The notes under the pieces: generated by a model
The model's database searches: none
Seen by the model: the letters and a program-made list of their open reading frames with translations, nothing else
Told to the model about the DNA's origin: nothing
Origin: a virus
Direction: 5' to 3' (one strand)
IMG/VR virus record: IMGVR_UViG_3300042861_001913
Length of the DNA: 64,000 bases
Part shown: piece after piece, positions 63,182-64,000 of the stretch
How positions within the stretch are numbered: position 1 is the first letter of the stretch
How the letters are laid out: the number at the start of each line of letters is the position of its first letter
Program-made: the position numbers and the translations under genes

Positions 63182-63994
63182 TTATTTCAATTTACTGCAC
63201 ATAGCACTACATACGACCCGAAAACCGCAGTAGCTGTCACGAATGCCGCGCGAATCCCCATTGCGATACGCAGACCGACAGCCCCCAGCATAGGAGTACC
63301 AAGAACCGCCCCGCAGTACAACGCGTCCTGTTTTGTCACTTAGTTTATCATCACTACTAAACCATGCGCTGCCATCTGCTGGTGCATCTGTATAATTATC
63401 ATGCCAAGGATCTGCACACCATTCCCACACATTTCCGTGCATATCATATAAACCAAAAGGGTTGGCGGGAAATTTTCCAACTTCTGTGGTTTTTTTTCGA
63501 TATTCTCCTTTTTGTCCCTGCCCGTAAGTGTAGTTACCATTATAATTAGCTAAATCTGTAGAAATTGTTTCCCCACAATAAAACGGGGTAGTAGTTCCTC
63601 CACGACAAGCATATTCCCATTCGGCTTCAGTAGGTAAACGATAGGTTTTATTTGCCATTCGGGAAAGTCTGGCACAAAATTCTTGAGCATCATTCCATGA
63701 TACACACTCAACAGGCAGATTATCACCTTTAAAACAAGATGGATCAGATTCTAAATCAATGTTAACCTTTGGTAAGGCAGCCACGACTCGCCATTGTTGT
63801 TGAGTAACTGGATATTTACCCATGAAAAACGGGGGAACAGTAACTTGATGTTGTGGACTTTGAGAAGAATGATAACCTTCCTCATTTTCTGGAGAACCCA
63901 TGATAAAAGTCCCCCCAGGGATAGCCACCATTTCTAGTTGAGTGTCGTTAGCTAAGTCTTCTAATGCCAAATCTTTTATTTCTTCTAAGTTCAT
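63182..63994 (-). CDS. FGE-sulfatase (SUMF1/C-type-lectin fold) domain protein; may extend upstream beyond the window
   Basis: MVAIPGGTFIMGS, YRLPTEAEWEYACRGG, GLYDMHGNVWEWC and VLRGGSW...GFRVV. The frame is still open at nt 64000. GC-richer codon usage. Confidence 0.8.
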   Translation of the reverse strand: MNLEEIKDLALEDLANDTQLEMVAIPGGTFIMGSPENEEGYHSSQSPQHQVTVPPFFMGKYPVTQQQWRVVAALPKVNIDLESDPSCFKGDNLPVECVSWNDAQEFCARLSRMANKTYRLPTEAEWEYACRGGTTTPFYCGETISTDLANYNGNYTYGQGQKGEYRKKTTEVGKFPANPFGLYDMHGNVWEWCADPWHDNYTDAPADGSAWFSSDDKLSDKTGRVVLRGGSWYSYAGGCRSAYRNGDSRGIRDSYCGFRVVCSAMCSKLK

Positions 63995-64000
63995 GAATTT

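Noticed and set aside
1987-63549. Short ORFs from the track lying antisense within longer genes: 1987..2190, 3269..3478, 4445..4633, 5347..5541, 6971..7189, 8125..8307, 11138..11356, 13444..13839, 17117..17362, 23861..24097, 24012..24230, 24516..24716, 26394..26585, 36107..36325, 37515..37808, 39477..39698, 47185..47412, 48336..48521, 49509..49853, 50156..50341, 51191..51460, 53951..54214, 55643..55921, 60733..61047, 63340..63540 and 63364..63549.
   Set aside because: Each is embedded in, or overlaps, a longer ORF with recognisable motifs or better packing. Their translations are low-complexity (Ser/Leu/Ile-rich) and they lack ribosome-binding sites. 26394..26585 additionally runs through a terminator hairpin.
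1-64000. CRISPR arrays, tRNA/tmRNA/rRNA genes, transposases and integrases.
   Set aside because: I saw no regularly spaced direct repeats, no cloverleaf-compatible GTTCGAATC-type T-arms, no rRNA-like stretches, and no tyrosine/serine recombinase or DDE motifs in any listed ORF. Absence by eye is not proof, so tRNAscan/Infernal should confirm.

Overview
About 62.8 kb of this window is a very AT-rich, tightly packed tailed-phage (or prophage) segment. From about 62.88 kb the DNA becomes clearly GC-richer and carries a hairpin-dense non-coding stretch and an FGE/SUMF1-type gene. Nt 1-4735 (+ strand) are the end of a structural module: a 5'-truncated tail-fibre gene with three 50-aa tandem repeats, a LamG-like protein and a portal-like protein. 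Nt 4707-62196 form one long minus-strand array of roughly 90 genes with three + strand exceptions. It encodes RuvC, a metallophosphoesterase, DHFR, ThyA, a nucleotidyltransferase-dCMP deaminase fusion, CYTH, a DEDDh exonuclease, dNMP kinase, an HD nucleotidase, a class II (B12) ribonucleotide reductase next to a PduO-type adenosyltransferase-like gene, MazG and Bro/Rha regulators. It also encodes a family-B DNA polymerase split into exonuclease and polymerase ORFs, a RepA/DnaB-like helicase, a Toprim primase, a Thg1-like enzyme, a PD-(D/E)XK nuclease, a T4-type Pnkp+Rnl1 tRNA-repair pair, a Sak4-like ATPase, ClpS, an AAA+ ATPase, two tandem MoxR/CobS-like AAA + vWA cassettes and a Dam-family methyltransferase-like gene. 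The strongest unexplained signal is a short DNA word, T(4-7)CTTAC / GTAAGA(4-7). I counted at least 47 exact 9-mer copies, in both orientations and in every reading frame that avoids a stop codon. It is absent from the two GC-richer segments. Other notable points: a GC-richer ABC-type ATPase island whose partner gene is cut to 31 codons; five small proteins ending in YxxILxxL next to clpS; a minimal class IIa aaRS-like core; a strongly basic repeat protein on the opposite strand; and a DGR-variable-region-like C-terminus in the FGE gene. I saw no rRNA, tRNA, CRISPR array, transposase or integrase. All family calls come from motif recognition by eye and none was searched against a database.
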